DNA of 64,000 nt from Chiloscyllium plagiosum (lineage: Eukaryota): contig NC_057755.1 in assembly GCF_004010195.1 (NCBI RefSeq), positions 5,811,474 to 5,875,473 on the forward strand. The letters are read 5' to 3'. Positions 13,551-27,869 of this stretch are shown in pieces. The translations under genes were made by a program, and so were the position numbers. The notes under the pieces were generated by a model. The model was not told the origin of the DNA. It made no database searches and saw only the letters and a list, made by a program, of their open reading frames with translations. The stretch's first letter is position 1; each line of letters starts with the position of its first letter.

Positions 13551-15934
13551 CTGGAAATAGTTTACAACAGATGTGAAAAAAAATCCCATTGGGGTGAAAA
13601 GGAGTTAAAAGACTACAGTCGTTTTCACCGTGGTAACGGGGGACACAAGAGGTCTTATTGCTGGTCGTTGAAGAAAGGCACTGTGGGGAAACATGTGGTA
13701 AAAGAGGCAAAGACAGTGGGATTGTTGTTGTGTCACCATAGTGTTACGAGAGCGAAGTACAGCTCTCTCATTAGAGGCAAGAGACTGGTGGACAGTAATC
13801 TGAGGGCCACCATACCTCAAGTGGGGGAAGAAGTTCAGAAGGGGAGTCCTTCATGATGACCTCCAACTGGTGATAGGAATTGACGTCAGATGACGTAAGG
13901 AAGGTTTAAGGGTAATAATATAAATAAATAATTCACTAGTGAAAGCCAATGTAAGGCGTAATGTAATTTAATTCAATAGTTCAAGACTGTAAATATTAGG
14001 TAATTCAAATCTGTGCAAACCATGTCTTAACTGGCAACACATTCCGTTTCCGAGAAGCCCTGCTCTTGCTGACCCATAATGGTTCCTGATGTGGTATAAT
14101 GGGTAAACCACTATTATTGCTGTGATATGGCTTGAGTGTTCCTTATCCATTAGCCTGTCAAGTATCTACTGTGAAGATTTGACCCTTGTCAAGACAGCTG
14201 CGTTGAAGTTCATAAACAGCACTAACGAAACTAACTATTTACATTGCTACAATATCTCAGACTGCACAGACCTGGCTCTGTTCTGTACCTGCTACCTTCA
14301 CAGAACAAAGAGTTAGTCAATTAATATTCTTACCGCTAGCATTGTGGCAAGCACTAAAAAAAGGCATAGTTTTCTACTGTAATTTCGTTTAAATGTCTTG
14401 AATCTATGTAATAATATAACAGGTGCGAGTCAAGTAATACCTAGATTTTAAAATTCATGGACTGGTCTTCAAATCCCATGGCATTGCTTCTTAATGCCCA
14501 ACTTCTCCATTCTCGGAGAAAACTGTCTTCGTCTAATTTTTGCCTATTGTACATTCTTACTTAAAATTGTTCCATTGCTGATGGCCATTTCTTCATTCAT
14601 CAAAGTTTCAAGCTCTGGAATTCCCTTCCTCTGTCTCTTTACCTCTCTATCACTTTCATTCCTTAAGACCCTCCTTCAAATCTGTGTCTTCAACCAAGCA
14701 TTTCGGATTTTGTCACAATATCTGTTTACATGGCTTGAGCCATGAAAACTATTTTAAAAAGTCTTGTAAGGCTTTACGCCATTTACAGTTGAGCAAATGT
14801 GATGTAAGTGGACTGCCAACTATGTGAAGACAATAGTGTTTTTCCGTTTCAAAAGAGAATGGACCTATTTAGTCTGGCAAGTCTTTGCGTTCGTGATTAT
14901 GTTTTGGCACATTCATATCCTATCTGCGACTATGATACAGACATTTGAAAACCAAACACTTCTAAAGAGCAGTGTTCGTTATTTGCAAGTTTATCCAGTT
15001 TAGGAATCCGACTAATCACTGCAGAGTTTTTTTTTGTATTTTGTCATCTACGAATGTGTGTGCTTGGGATCAAGAGCATATAGTTTCATTGTGAATAGTA
15101 GCTTAGTTCCTAATCAGTTTTGCTACTTGATCTTTTAAACCACATATTTTTTCACAAGTTACTGTTAAATGTATGCAAAAATAGAGTAAAAGCATCGCTA
15201 GGTGTATATTACGGTAGTTAAAAGAAACAAATTGATGATTTTGCTGACAATATAGAGCCATGATACTTTTAGTACAACTTGTAGAGTCGTGAAGCTTAAT
15301 TACGATTACGTTAGCCCATTTAAAGCTAATGCAATGCAGAAAATAAATCATTTGCAGTACATCTTTGTACCAAACTCAGAAGGGGAATCCCACTGCTGAT
15401 GTAGCATTTCTACTGCCTGCACAACATATCCTGAGTGTCTAACACTGCTCAGTATTGTTTTATAAGTAAAATAAAATCTGTTCTAGTCTCTTCTAAAGAA
15501 AGATCTTTCCAACAGCCTTAAAATGATTCAACGTAAATCCAATGGTCATTTTATGCCTTCGTTCTGTCATGCCGACTGATTTGTCTTCACTTCTATACCT
15601 TTTGTTACACAAATTCAAACAAGTAATTACATTTTTCAAAGTAAAAATAAAAAAGCATAATGAAAGTACATGTTAAAATTAAATACTTTAATGTTAAACA
15701 CTTTCACAACCAATTATTTTTGTGATCCTTTAGAATATCGAAGTTGTGAGGATGCAGATGATTATCGTTGTCAATTTTCAATATTTTATGTATCCTTCTC
15801 ATATCAAAGCAAGTGTAGGAGTTACAACAGAGCAAATATTACTTGGATGAACTCAGTTAGAGCGATGCAATCACAAACAAGATGGAATAAGCAAGATCCT
15901 GGGATCTATTTTCATCCACCATAATACTTGCTTC

Positions 15935-17575
15935 TTCACTCAAATCAGTACTTCCTAATTATATTTGATGTGTCTACTAGATTTCCAGAGGTAATGCCAT
16001 CAAGGAGTATTAAGGAAAAAAAGAGTGTTGTAGGAGTTAATAGCTTTCTTTACAGGCTATTGTCGACACAGAGAGATTTAGTCAGACCAAGGTTCTAATT
16101 TTACTGCTAGGCTGTTGAAAGAAGCCTTGCGTCGGTCAGGCAGACTGCACTTTGAATCAAGTGCACACAATCCTGAATCACAGGGAATCTTGTACAGGTG
16201 GCATCAGACCCTAAAGACCACGTTGAGAGTGGACTACCAGTGTTCCATGAATGATTGTGATAAAGGTATCCCAATCGTATAGTTTGCCATAGAAATGCCC
16301 CAGACGAATCTACTCAATTTACTCCCTTTATTTTATTATTCAGACATGAAGTGGAGGGACTTTGAAATTAATTAAAGAAAAATTGATCGGGCAGAATTCG
16401 GACATTTCTGACTGATATTGTGGATCTGAGGGGAGGGAGAGATAAAATAGGGTCGGTGACTTAGATAAACAGCACCCGAAGAGAGCACGCATAGAATGAA
16501 ATAGACGTCAGATTAAAAGTGTAAAACTTGGCCGTTTTCCTGGCGGGTTGACATATTATTGTTAACCTTGGTAGGAGATCCACTGCCAGTCAGGTATTGT
16601 AGTCTCTAACAAATTTAGGAAAAATGAGTCGTGTAAAGTATCTTTTGAAGATGCCGAATGGACAAAAAAAAAAAGAATTACCGGGTATGTCACACGAATA
16701 TGTTGAAAACTTACGATAATAGAAACAGGGACTGGAGAAGCAAGTGCTCATTACTTTCCTGCATTGTGAGGAGTCAAGTCCACATATCGTGGAGTTTGAC
16801 GTGCTTCAAAATACGTGACGTAATGAGAAAGTATTTGTGGAGAGGAATAGGATAGTGAGCTTGTGGAGAGGAATAGCTATCTGTCTGAGAACAAAGGAAC
16901 GAGTTGAAAGATTTCGTGCAGCAGTATAAGGCCATATGCAGGAATAAGAGGTGGAGGACTGATACTGAGGCATGAGCTGGTAGTAGAGAATGCTGTTCCG
17001 ATTAAACAACAACCCTAAAGGCTTACAGCAAATAAAAAAGGTCTAGAAAGTATTGGATGGGATGCTCAATGAAGATATCACCGAAACGAGTCAGAGTGAG
17101 TGCAGTTTGCTGATCGTGGTTGCTCCAATTCTGAAGGGGTGCAATGATTTCATGAGGACTATCAGAATCTCAACGTCGTAACAAAATCAGATGCTTATCC
17201 ATTAATAAGGTTGGAAGACTGTATAGAGAAAGATGAACAAGCCACTTACATCACAAAGTAGGACTTATTGTATGGATATGAAGACGTTTCTTCATTTGTA
17301 ACCCAAATGGGCTATATCCATTCAAAGTTATGCACTTTGCAATGACATATGGATGCAGACAGTAAGAAGTTAAGGGGGGGGGGGGTGGCTTAGAGTTGTG
17401 AATTATTCTTGTTTAGTGTTCACTTTTTGAGTTAAAAATAAAAATGAGCTTTTTTCTTAAATAGTGGAATTTGGATGTTCTCTGTCATACACATTTTAAC
17501 ATTACGTGGCGAGACGAACGTTTGTGGGTGTTCAGGTTAAAATAATAAAGAGTTTCACCTCCATGTCAGAACACT
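15935..17575 (+). mobile_element. Decayed Gypsy-group LTR retrotransposon with integrase upstream of RT (Gmr1-like), with PPT and 3' LTR remnant
   Basis: Integrase: NQYFLIIFDVSTRFPEV, SDQGSNFT, SAHNPESQGILYRWHQTLKT, RVCHTNMLK. Then RT: DYQNLNVVTKSDAYPLIRLEDCIEK (17.15-17.23 kb). G-run PPT at ~17372-17385. Confidence 0.78.
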
Positions 17576-18319
17576 ATAAACATTTCAAAAATTTCATAAC
17601 TTGTTGAGAGTTTATGTTGATATTAGAAACGACCATTATAACCTCACACTGGGGACTGTTGTTAGCTTTGTCTCTGTGATGACATACACAGCTTTAGACA
17701 GCACTACGTCCTGTTTGCCCCAAGGCGGAAACAGTGAACAGACTCAAATAGAAGAACTGGGAAGAACTCAAACCAGGATGGCAATCGAATTGAATATATT
17801 TATCAGGACATTGCTTCGAAGATAGGGACATAGGGAAACCATTCAGCCTGTTGAGATAAGCACTTGCCTTTAGCTCACATCAACTAATGTATTTGTTTCG
17901 CAGGAATTCATCTTTCTCAGCTTTAAAACTAGCAATTGATCAGACATCTACTGCCATTAGCGGAAGATAGCTTGAAATCTCAAGCACAATTTTTGTGCAG
18001 AAGTATCTCTCCTGAATGGTCTGACCCGAATTCTCAGGTGATGCCTCCTTTAATTGTGGAAGCCCCAAACAGTGGAAATAGCTTATCTTTATGTATCCTA
18101 TCATCTTTCCTGTAAATACTTTGGAGACACTATACTGACGTATCTATCCAACAAGCATTCACAAAAGCTCGACATTGCTGAAAGAGATTATTTGGCCGCA
18201 CAAGTCAGCACAAACCCTCGGCAGAGTATTCAAATCCACACCATCCCCTCACTTACTCCCAGAAATCAACACTTATCATAGCCCTCCCACCTGCTTATAC
18301 ATTGCTGCACATTACAGAC

Positions 18320-18500
18320 TAATTTAACATGACCTTATCTGCGCATTTTTGTAGTGTTGGAGCAAACAGGAGTGTCGGATGAAACCCAAACAGACATGGG
18401 GAGAACGTGTAAGCTTCACACAGACTGTCCCCTGAGGCTGCAGTCGAACCCAAGTACTTTGCACTCTGAGGCAGCAGGACTAACCACTGAGCTTCCGTGC
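18320..18500 (-). mobile_element. HE1-type SINE fragment
   Basis: Reverse complement of the SINE head and body. Confidence 0.65.
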
Positions 18501-18664
18501 TTTTTGCACTCTACTTCTCTACTGACTTATTTTGTACAACTTGCGTCAGTATCCCAGTTCCCTTGCAATTGCTTATTTCCACACGTAAGAGTCTGCAGTA
18601 TCCGTTCTAAGATCACTTCCTTGAGATCAAACATTTTCCACATCAGACTAAAACTGAAAGGAGT

Positions 18665-18945
18665 GGCATGGTCCTTCAGTGGTGAGTACTGCTGCCTTAT
18701 AGCACCAGGGTCCCAGGTTCGATTTCAGCCTTGGGTGAATGCTTGTGTAGAGTTTGTGCATTTTCCCCGTGTCTGCGTGGGTGTACTCCGGTTTTCTCCC
18801 ACAGTCCAAAGATGTGCAGGTCAGGTAAATTGGCCATAGTGTTAGGTGCATTAGTCAGAGGGGGGTGGGTTACTCTTCGGAGGGTCAGTGTGGACTGGTT
18901 GGGCCGAACCCTGTTTCTACGCTGCAGGGAATCTAATCTAACTAA
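18665..18945 (+). mobile_element. HE1-type tRNA-derived SINE
   Basis: tRNA-like head with A box (tggcatggtccttcagtgg) and B box (ggttcgatttc), and a CR1-like 3' tail. Confidence 0.8.
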
Positions 18946-19697
18946 CCACACATTCCTTCCTGAAATCCGTCCTAACATCAGTTCTGAGGAAGCGTCACTG
19001 GACTGGAAGCGTTAAGTCTAATTTCGCTTCATAGACCTGCTGAGACTTTCCAGCAATTTCTGACTTACAGCATTTGCAGCTTTTTAGATTTACTAATTTC
19101 TCCGTACCCGTCTGTTTGAAAACACGCATACACCAGATCGATTTGATCAGTCTGCAGTAGTCCAGTGAACAAACGCTTACATTTATGTAGTCATGGTCAA
19201 CTGGTACGTATAGAACGTCCATTCTCTCTGTGTGTCCTCAGTGCAAAGTGGACGATTTCAACAGGAAAAGCACCCCACCATCGCCCCACCTAGAATCAAC
19301 AACATTTCCAACTGCTTTCTGACCTGAGGAAAGATCACTCCGCTCAAAATGTCACTTGGTTTCTAGATCTTCAAATGCTGCAAGATTTGTTGAGTTTCTC
19401 CAGCACATTTTGCGTGTTTTACTCAGAAACAACCTCTGAGATTCAACTTCAGACAAAGTCACTCACCAAACTCATCAGACAGGAAATTACAGAAGTCACA
19501 AAGTTAAGATGAGAATCAACGATTAACGATTTGATACTCTGTATGGACAGATGTGGGAGTGCGTACACAGTCATTACACAGGCTGTAATCATTTCATATT
19601 TATTGCATCCCTGGGATGTGGGTGCTGCTGCATGGGCTGACATTTATGTGTCCTTGAGAAAGTGGTAGTGAATTACCTTCCTGGACCGCGGAAGTAG

Positions 19698-20525
19698 ATG
19701 AAAGGGGCAAAAAAGAGACAGATGGAGTTCCATGTGAGCAAATGTAAGTTTATTCATTTTAAACGGAGAAAGGATAGAACAGGGCACTTGCGAGATTCGG
19801 TGAACTTAAATACAGTACATGTCCAAACAGACTTTAAGCTTCAGGTGCACAGATGTCTAACATGCCCCGCAAAGGGGGCAGTAAACAATCATGGTTGTTT
19901 CTGGTATCCAGCGTTTATTCTTACACGACTGAGGTTCAAAAATGTAGACGATGTATTGCAGTTCTGCAAGATACTGGTTAGTCCTCATTTGGCTTTTTAT
20001 GCGCAGATCTGGACACCACACGACACGAAGAATACATTGGCCTTGCAGCGAGTAGAACATAGTTTTACAAAAATAATACATTTAATTTGTGCATTCGAAT
20101 GCGAGAGAAATATGCATAAATTAGGGAAGTCTTCTCCACAATTTGGAAGGCTAAGTGACAATCTGATCCAAGTATTCAAGTCTAAACAGGAAAACAACAT
20201 GTTGGAAAAGATTTATTATTCTCATATTTGGGGACGCTAGAATTAGGGCACAGTCTGAAAATTTGGGCTGGTGCATTCAGAGGAGATGTTAGGCAGTTCA
20301 TTTTCATACAAAACGTCGAATATAATTGGGTCATTCATCTACATGCGGCAGTTTGTGTAACATCAACAATTATTTCTGTATCTGAGAAAGATAAGTTTGT
20401 ATTAAACAATGGTTTGAAGAGGTATGGCTCAAAAGGAGGTATGTGGATTCAGGCCAGAGTTTAGCCATGATGTCATTGAATGGTGGAACAAGCCTGAGTT
20501 GCTGAATGGCCTGAGCCAGCTCTTA
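19698..20525 (+). mobile_element. Old CR1 LINE 3' fragment
   Basis: QMEFHVSKCKFIHF ... LVSPHLAFYAQIWTP ... LIQVFK, the typical CR1 ORF2 C-terminus. Confidence 0.75.
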
Positions 20526-20949
20526 TGTTCCATAGTCCGTGTACATCAACGAAGAGTTTGAAGAGGCTTCACAAATTGGATCCAGTAAGAATGAGGGATT
20601 AGTGAGGAACAGATCTAAATGGACCCAGGCGTGAACAGATACATGAACTGAGTGGTTGTTTAAACAGTGAGCTGCGGGTCGGGCATGCAAAACACCAAAG
20701 ACTGGGCTTGAGGATGCAGGACAGGGATAATTTACTTTCACTGGAGACAGATAGGCTCGAATGTTCGCTTTACTAAAAGAGGTATTGTCCAGTAATAACA
20801 ACGTGTTTGGAGAGATCAGAACACGGTTTCTGGTATAAGGGGCAGTAACGAAAATTCGATCGAAACTGAAAGGAGTTGGGATACCTGTACGTAAGGGATC
20901 AGTAAGGGGGAGAAGATGGTTTCTGTTTCTCACAATGGGATGATTACTT

Positions 20950-21260
20950 TAATATCATTTAGGGAAGCGCTAAGTGATTGTCTGGGACTTATTTAGGGAC
21001 CCATGAAATTCCCACAGTGACTTACACAGAACTCAGACTTGCAGGGAGCAAAGGAGAGAGAAAGAGCGAGCGATGGCTCTACCAAGAAGTGCCTCTTGAT
21101 TGCAAGCGGTTTAATGAACACTTCTGCTGCAATAGGCAGTCATCATTTAACAATGAAAAGCTTCCAGTGTATGCCATATTGTTGGAACAATTTATTTACA
21201 ACTGTGCAGATGAGAGAGGAGCTGGAAATCGAATTACTGATTTTTCAAGTTCCTGCGCAG
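20950..21260 (+). mobile_element. Possible very old LTR-element RNase H remnant
   Basis: EKL..YAILLEQFIY...GAGNRITDFSS resembles the Gypsy RNase H end (RW..L..F...G..N..AD.LS). Weak. Confidence 0.3.
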
Positions 21261-22009
21261 GTGATACTGCAGACACAGGTAAAGGGTATCCTCTGCATTG
21301 TATGATTCCATAATAAGGGAAAGATTTGGCTTTGTTTTATATGACAAACAGATACCTCCAGAACACAGGATCCTCGGAACAATCCAAATCCCTACTGAAG
21401 AATCAAAAGTATCCAATATCTCTCGCCTAGTTTGATGTGACATCCTGTCCCAAAGCATTAACCGTTCATCAACCATTCGGGAATTTCATCCTGGTCTGTC
21501 GCTGCCATCTGTTTTTTGAAAGGTTGATGTACGGGTTGCCGGGGTGTTGGATTAGGTCAACATTCATTTGCCTCCCCATTTCTTCAGAGAACACAGAAAA
21601 ATCGAACATATTGAAGCTAATATTTAGACATGAATGAGCTGATCAGTTCAAGACTTTCTTCCAAAATTAACATCAGTGATCACAAATGAATTATATGATG
21701 ATGCTTAATCGATCACCACTGAGCAAGCAGATAATTACTTCACTCCATCAGTCTTTTAAGTCCAGTCTATAGATGTTCAATTCTTGAACACTCACCTACC
21801 TTTCTTTAGTGTTTTGGTCTAAAGGTGGGGATTGCACTCCATCCCTAAACGACAGTCTCTGGGCCATTCCAAAAATCGCAAGCACTTCTAGTCTTAATTT
21901 GGTGCAGATAAATGAAGATGCAAGTTAGAAGATGAATCTAAATGTACCGTGTTCGTAAATTGGACTTTTGTCTCTGGGTTGTTCCTAGTTCGCTGTATTA
22001 ACTAACCGT

Positions 22010-22883
22010 GCTAATATGTAACTGGATATCTCAGTAGTTTTGAACTAGTTTTTGAATTGGAACTGAGCCACTGCATAAAGAATTCCGTTTGTGCAGCAAC
22101 TGAAAGTCACCAGCATTAAGTCTAACATGTAGGAAGATATGTACAGAACCAATGTAATATTTGGGAATTTTTCCTGTAATATAACACGCTATGAAGAATA
22201 GAACAAATACTCACAACAGAAGTATGAAACTGTCGGATATGGAGCAAAGTATAATCACGGACGTTCTTCTGTTCTCCATTTTTGTGCCATTTTGATTCTC
22301 AGCTTTGCTCTGATCCTTCAGTAGCTTACGGACATGACTAACCATTAAAATACATCTGACTATCAGAGCACTGAATAACGGTATTAAAGCAAATGGGAAC
22401 AATAGGAAAACAGCATTAAACCAGTCAATCCTCTTCAATTAGTTTCAGTGTAAAATATTCACTTAATCTTACAGAACCACGGGACATTGCTAATAGTCAT
22501 TCCAGTGTGAAATGTGTCAGAGAAGGGGATATTCTTTATACAGAGCAGAATACAATTGTTGACAGACCAGAGCACCAGCTTCACTGTGCAATAGTCTGAT
22601 TTGAGCTTCTGGATACAAATGGCCACAAATCAATCAAAGATAAAAGTGACAGTAAACCAGACTGAACAATGCCTCTCTGTCTGACACATCACATACATTA
22701 CACTGTACATAGGTGTGCTGTTCAGGTAACATGCGGGAAAATAACAATGATTAATTTATGTCTGTATGAACTCAATTCCAGCGAACAGGAGATCCGATAT
22801 TGTCATTGCTATCAGATAGCACATGGTGCATGAAGATAGGCCAAACTTTCCACGGGTATTGATGACAATTGTCAGTAAATTAA
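22010..22883 (-). pseudogene. GPR139-like pseudogene (complete but decayed exon 2)
   Basis: Acceptor catgtag|TTAATTTA, then VNLLTIVINTRGKFGLSSCTMCYLIAMTISDLL ... CSVWFTVTFIFD*FVAICIQKLK ... DWFNAVFLLFPFALI ... MENRRTSVIILCSISDSFILL ... FSCCTNGILYAVAQFQF. Multiple stops and frameshifts. Exon 1 not confidently located. Confidence 0.9.
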
Positions 22884-24714
22884 CTACATGCTAGGAAGAA
22901 GTAAAGATCAAGTAGACTGTAAGTTACAAGTGAAACATACCACTCTAAAGACATGAAATTTTTGTTGGTGCAAAATGAAACATTTAAATCATCAAATTTC
23001 AGAGCCCAGACTGACTGAGGTTTTCTGAGTTTGGGAGAAAGACATCACGGAGATTGGCAATTCTAATACAAGAAACTTTGCAGTACCTGGAATCTTACGA
23101 AGTAGCACACTCGATAAAACAGAAAACGTTATGTACCTAAAGTACCATAACGTTAAGTGAATTATTTTGTCCAATTATTCCAGTTTTCTTCGGTTTTAAT
23201 TTCCTCAATATTGATGCATTTGTTGCTCAATTGAATAGACAACTAAATACCAACACTTGCTTCAATTTTGAATGAATTTCTCCTCAAATGTTACGAAATT
23301 CCAATTATAATTGACAAGCTGTTTGACATTCAGTGTTTTTAAAGGCAAAGTTGCATTATTGTTTCATTGGCTTATGCTGTTGGTAATAGTGGTATGTATA
23401 CACTATGCTTACAATTTTTAAGGAAATAGTGGGTATTTTTACAATGATTTTATGGACCTCTTGATTACCTGGAATATTTGATTGACTATCACAATCGTGA
23501 TCCGTCAGATATTTATTCCTCCTTTGTTGCAGGTTCAACCACACACAACAATCCCCTACTACCTATGTCAAAGCATGATATTTGTTGGCGTTTAACTGTC
23601 ATCTTTACCTTCATTCCCTTTCTCACGGAGGTTCAGTAGCAGCAGCAAGTGCAATCCACGAGATATTTTGCCATAACTCACGCAGGCTGCTCCTCAACTC
23701 AGGAAGTCACGAAAGATTCTCAGACAGAACTTTCCAAACGCACGACCACTTCCATCTAAAACGTCAGAGACAACACATACTTGGGACCACCACCTCCAAG
23801 TTCCCTCTAAGCTACACACCATTTAGAAATAATTGATCATCCTTCACTTTCGCTGAGTCGAAATTCGGGATTTCTCTCGCTTGGAGCATGGTGGGTCAAT
23901 CTCCAGCACATGGCTTGCAGCGGTTCAAGAAGACAAATGACCCCCGCCCTCTCAATGGCAACTAAGCCCAGGCAATAAATGCTGGCACCAACCAACGACA
24001 TCAGCATTCCACCAACGAGTTTTTTTTTTAAAATTCCTTCGTGCCCTTGCGTTTTATAGTTCTGCTTGAAACCCGACGCTTCTGTCCCGCTCCTAAATCC
24101 TGGCTGTATAACATCTCATCCATCCATCTATGATCAGCTATGTTGGTAAAGAAGAGGATTTTTCTGTCTTATTCCATCCCTCTCAAAATGTCCGATCGCA
24201 GATTATTCACTAACATGAATCTATCATCAGGACAGAAACTTTTAATTTAAGAGTCTCTTCTACCAGCAAAAATCGCTGTGCCTTTCCCCAGTGTACAATT
24301 CCTTGCAGACGTTGACTTGCCAGGCTTCCACCACAAAACAGAATGGCTGATTGAAAGAAAAGTTCATGCAACTCATGGTCACATTCATTTACCTGGGACA
24401 CCAATGATGGCAAGGAGCAGGCCATAGACTTTCCTGACCACAGAAACTATTCACACGATTTTCTATATGCACTTTCTTGCCATTTCTTGCTGAAGGCAAA
24501 CTCTCCGAGAGAAAATCTGTGGCAGCACATTCACGGACAGTTGGAATTATATCCGTAGAATTACCAGGGGCACACAGTGGTTGCAATATCGCAAGTTTAA
24601 CTTCATGCCCGTAATTAACTTATAGATTAAGACATCCAATTCAACCCAGAACGTGGCAGAAAAATATTTTGCTCTAGAGTTGGAATCAATGTTCCAAATA
24701 CCGCAATTATATAG

Positions 24715-25150
24715 GCATAGAGCCATACAGAACGGAAACAGACCATTCTATCCACCTCATCGGTGTTGACCAGGTTTCATGAACTGAACTTGTCCCTTTT
24801 TCTTGCGTTTGGTACAATAATCCTTTATACTGTTATTATTCATGTGCTCATAAATGTCCTTTCAAACTTCTAATTGTACTCAGCTCTCCCACCTCCTCCC
24901 GCAGACCGTTTCATACACGCACCACCCTCTGTTTGAGAAAAGTTGCCCCTCAGGTCCCGTCTCAATCTTTCACCTCAAACCTTAACCTCCTGCCCTCTCG
25001 TTTTGGACTCCCCTATCCTGGGGAGAAGAACTTGGCTATTCACTCTATCCGTGCCCCTCATGATTAAATCAACTTCCGATGCTCCATGGGATATAGGTCC
25101 AACCTAACTAACTTCTTCAATGAAATAACATCTTTTAGTCCCAGTAACGG
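24715..25150 (-). mobile_element. CR1 LINE 3' end
   Basis: Reverse-strand 3'UTR and ORF2 end similar to other CR1 copies. Confidence 0.65.
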
Positions 25151-25789
25151 ACTTGATTAGAAAGGGGATCAAGGGTTATGGGGAGATGCAGGAGAATAGA
25201 CTTTGTAAACATGCCCGCAATGATCGATTTTAAGTACATTTAACACTGTATTATTGATCTGACATACATTGGAGATTATATTATTCCCACAAATGCATTG
25301 CTAATTGTACTATCCATCTCACACAGCTCACACACCTTCGTCCCCCGTGTGCTCCCAATATTCTTTCCGTGAAAAGCTTTATCATTGTAATAATTCCAGC
25401 CAGCTACACCTCTCCAAAGCCTTCCACGACGTCACTGCCCTGTATAAAGATCAGGTAATTACAATAGAATGCATTCTCTGTGAACATCTTTTGTCAAATT
25501 CAGCCAATGACACACTTTATATCGATGTGAAGTCTCAACCAATGTACAACCTCGATCAAATGTATCGCATCAAACTGTTAGAACATTTTTAATAAACACA
25601 TAAAGAGCCTTCTTTTGACGGAGCACTTTCAACAGATCGAATTGAATACACATACTCTAATTGAGAAAGAATGGATCAGGGTGCTTACTGGGTATGAAGT
25701 TAAATGCAGGAGATTTCCAAACAGACTTGAGCATTCGAAAAGAATCATGGTAAGCTCCTGTTTCCACATTCACCCAGTCTATCAATCCC

Positions 25790-26260
25790 GTTAGACCATA
25801 AAACATAGGAGTGGAAGTAAGGCCATTCGGCCAATCGAGTCCACTCGCCATTTAATCATGGCTGATGGGCATTTCAACTCCACTTACCCGCATTCTCCCC
25901 GTAGCCCTTACTTCTTTGTGGCATCAAGGATTTATCAATCTCTGCCTTGAAGACATTTAGCGTCCTGGCCTCCACTGCACTCCGTGGCAATGGATTCCAC
26001 AGGCTCTGGCTGAAGAAATGTCTCCACACTTCTGTTCTGAAGTAACCTCCTCTAATTCTAAGGCTGTTCCCTCGGGTCCGAGTCTCCTCGCCTAACGGAA
26101 ACAATTTCTTAGCGTCCACCCTTTCCAAACCATGTATTATCTTGTAAGTTTCTATTAGATCTCCGCTTAACCTTCTAAACTCCAATGAGTACAATCCAAG
26201 GATCCTCAGCCGTCCCTCTAATGTTAGACGTAACATTTCAGGGGTCATCCGTGTGAATCT
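25790..26260 (-). mobile_element. CR1 LINE 3' end
   Basis: RLRILGLYSLEFRRLSGDLIETYKII...TRGNSLRIRG; tail ccataaaacatagga. Confidence 0.85.
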
Positions 26261-26424
26261 CTTTATAATTTGATGTTACTATTTGCACTGTCTATAATGT
26301 TGCCTAACTTTGTCATAGAGTCCTTATGAAAGGCGTTTGTCCGAAATGTCGATTTTCGCGCTCCTCGGATGCTGCTTGACCTGCTGTGCTTTTCCAACAC
26401 CACTCTAATCTGGACTTTGTCATG

Positions 26425-27340
26425 GAGCCATCGAGTCAGATTCCAACAGCACGGAAACAGCCCCTTCAACCCACACTGGTCTTTGCCGATCAAAATGTCT
26501 GTCTGCACTGACCCTATTTCCCTGCACCTTTGCCATATCCTTCGGATCCTTTCCTATCCATGTCCGTGTCCAAGCGCCTTTTTAAGTGTTAGTACTGTAC
26601 CCACCTCAAATACCTACGTTGGCAGCTCATTTCGTATGCCACCCTCTGTGTAAAAAAAAAAAATGGCCCTCTCTTTCGCATTCATTCTTTACACTCTACC
26701 GTTAAACTGATGCCCTCTAGTCTTCGAATCACCAACCATGGGAAGAAAGACTGAGGGCTTTCTCCCTGTCCATGCATCTCGTGATCTTGTACACCTCGAT
26801 AAATCACTCCTGCTGCTCGTGTCTCCTGTAGTTCCCTGCAAATTGCAGGCAAATGGGGTTAGTGTGGATTGACATGTTTGTCGGCATAGATGCGTTTGGA
26901 CGGAAGGGCTTGTCTCCGTGCTGTAAGACTCTATGCATCAATGACAGGGTGGATAGAAAGCAGCTGTTCCCCTCAGATGAAGGGAAAATGACAAGGAGCA
27001 TTGTTTCAAAGTTAATTGTCAATTTTTAGAGAAGTTTGAGGAAGAGGATTTCCACTCAGAAGGTGGTAGGGGTCCGGAATGGACTGTCTGGGAGGTCAAT
27101 ACAAACAGGCATCATCATAATCTTTAAAATGTAAGTGGATGAGCACCTGAAATGTCGCAACATTAATGGGTGTGTGCAAATTTCTGAAGTGTAAGAGCAG
27201 TGAAGATTGATGAGCATAAATTCCATGGGCTCAATATTCTCCTTTATGTTGTATGACTCTGTGACTATTGTAAATATCAGGTTGAAATGGACGAGTTGGA
27301 CTGAAGGAGATGTTTCCTTGATGTGCATCTCTATGACTGT
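26425..27340. mobile_element. Cluster of CR1 3' fragments in both orientations
   Basis: 26.43-26.80 kb (-) and 26.82-27.34 kb (+) pieces similar to CR1 3' ends. Confidence 0.6.
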
Positions 27341-27569
27341 TTGATAGCTTGTGAAGACTATTGCAAAGATAAGAAGCATGACGAGCTGCAGAGATGAGTC
27401 AAATGAGAGGGATTATATGGCAGACAGAGTATAATTTGGGAGAATATGAAGATAGTAAGAAGAATAAAAACAATAATTTAAATATTGAATAACTGCAGAA
27501 TATTTCAATGCAGATATATCTGTACATTCCAGTAGGAATTACATTACCTTGGTTGCATAAGCAAATGGT

Positions 27570-27867
27570 GATTGGATTAGAACCGCAATAGTATGAAAAC
27601 AGATTATTTGGCCCAACAAGTCCACAACGACCCTCCAAAGTGTAAACCACCCAGACCCATTCCTCTCCATTTACCCCTGACTCACACGATGGGCAATTTA
27701 GCATAACCAATTCAACTGACCTGCACGACATTGGAATGTGGGAGGAAATCAGAGACCCAGAGGATATTCATGCAAACACGGGGAGAATGTGCAATGTTCA
27801 CACTGAAAGTCGCCACAGTCTGGAATCGAACCTTGGTCCCTGGCACAGTGAACCACTATGCCGCCCT
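27570..27867 (-). mobile_element. HE1-type SINE
   Basis: Reverse complement of 18665-18945. Confidence 0.75.
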
Positions 27868-27869
27868 GA

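Noticed and set aside
18665..18735. tRNA gene
   Set aside because: A and B boxes belong to a SINE head. There is no complete cloverleaf, and the SINE body follows.
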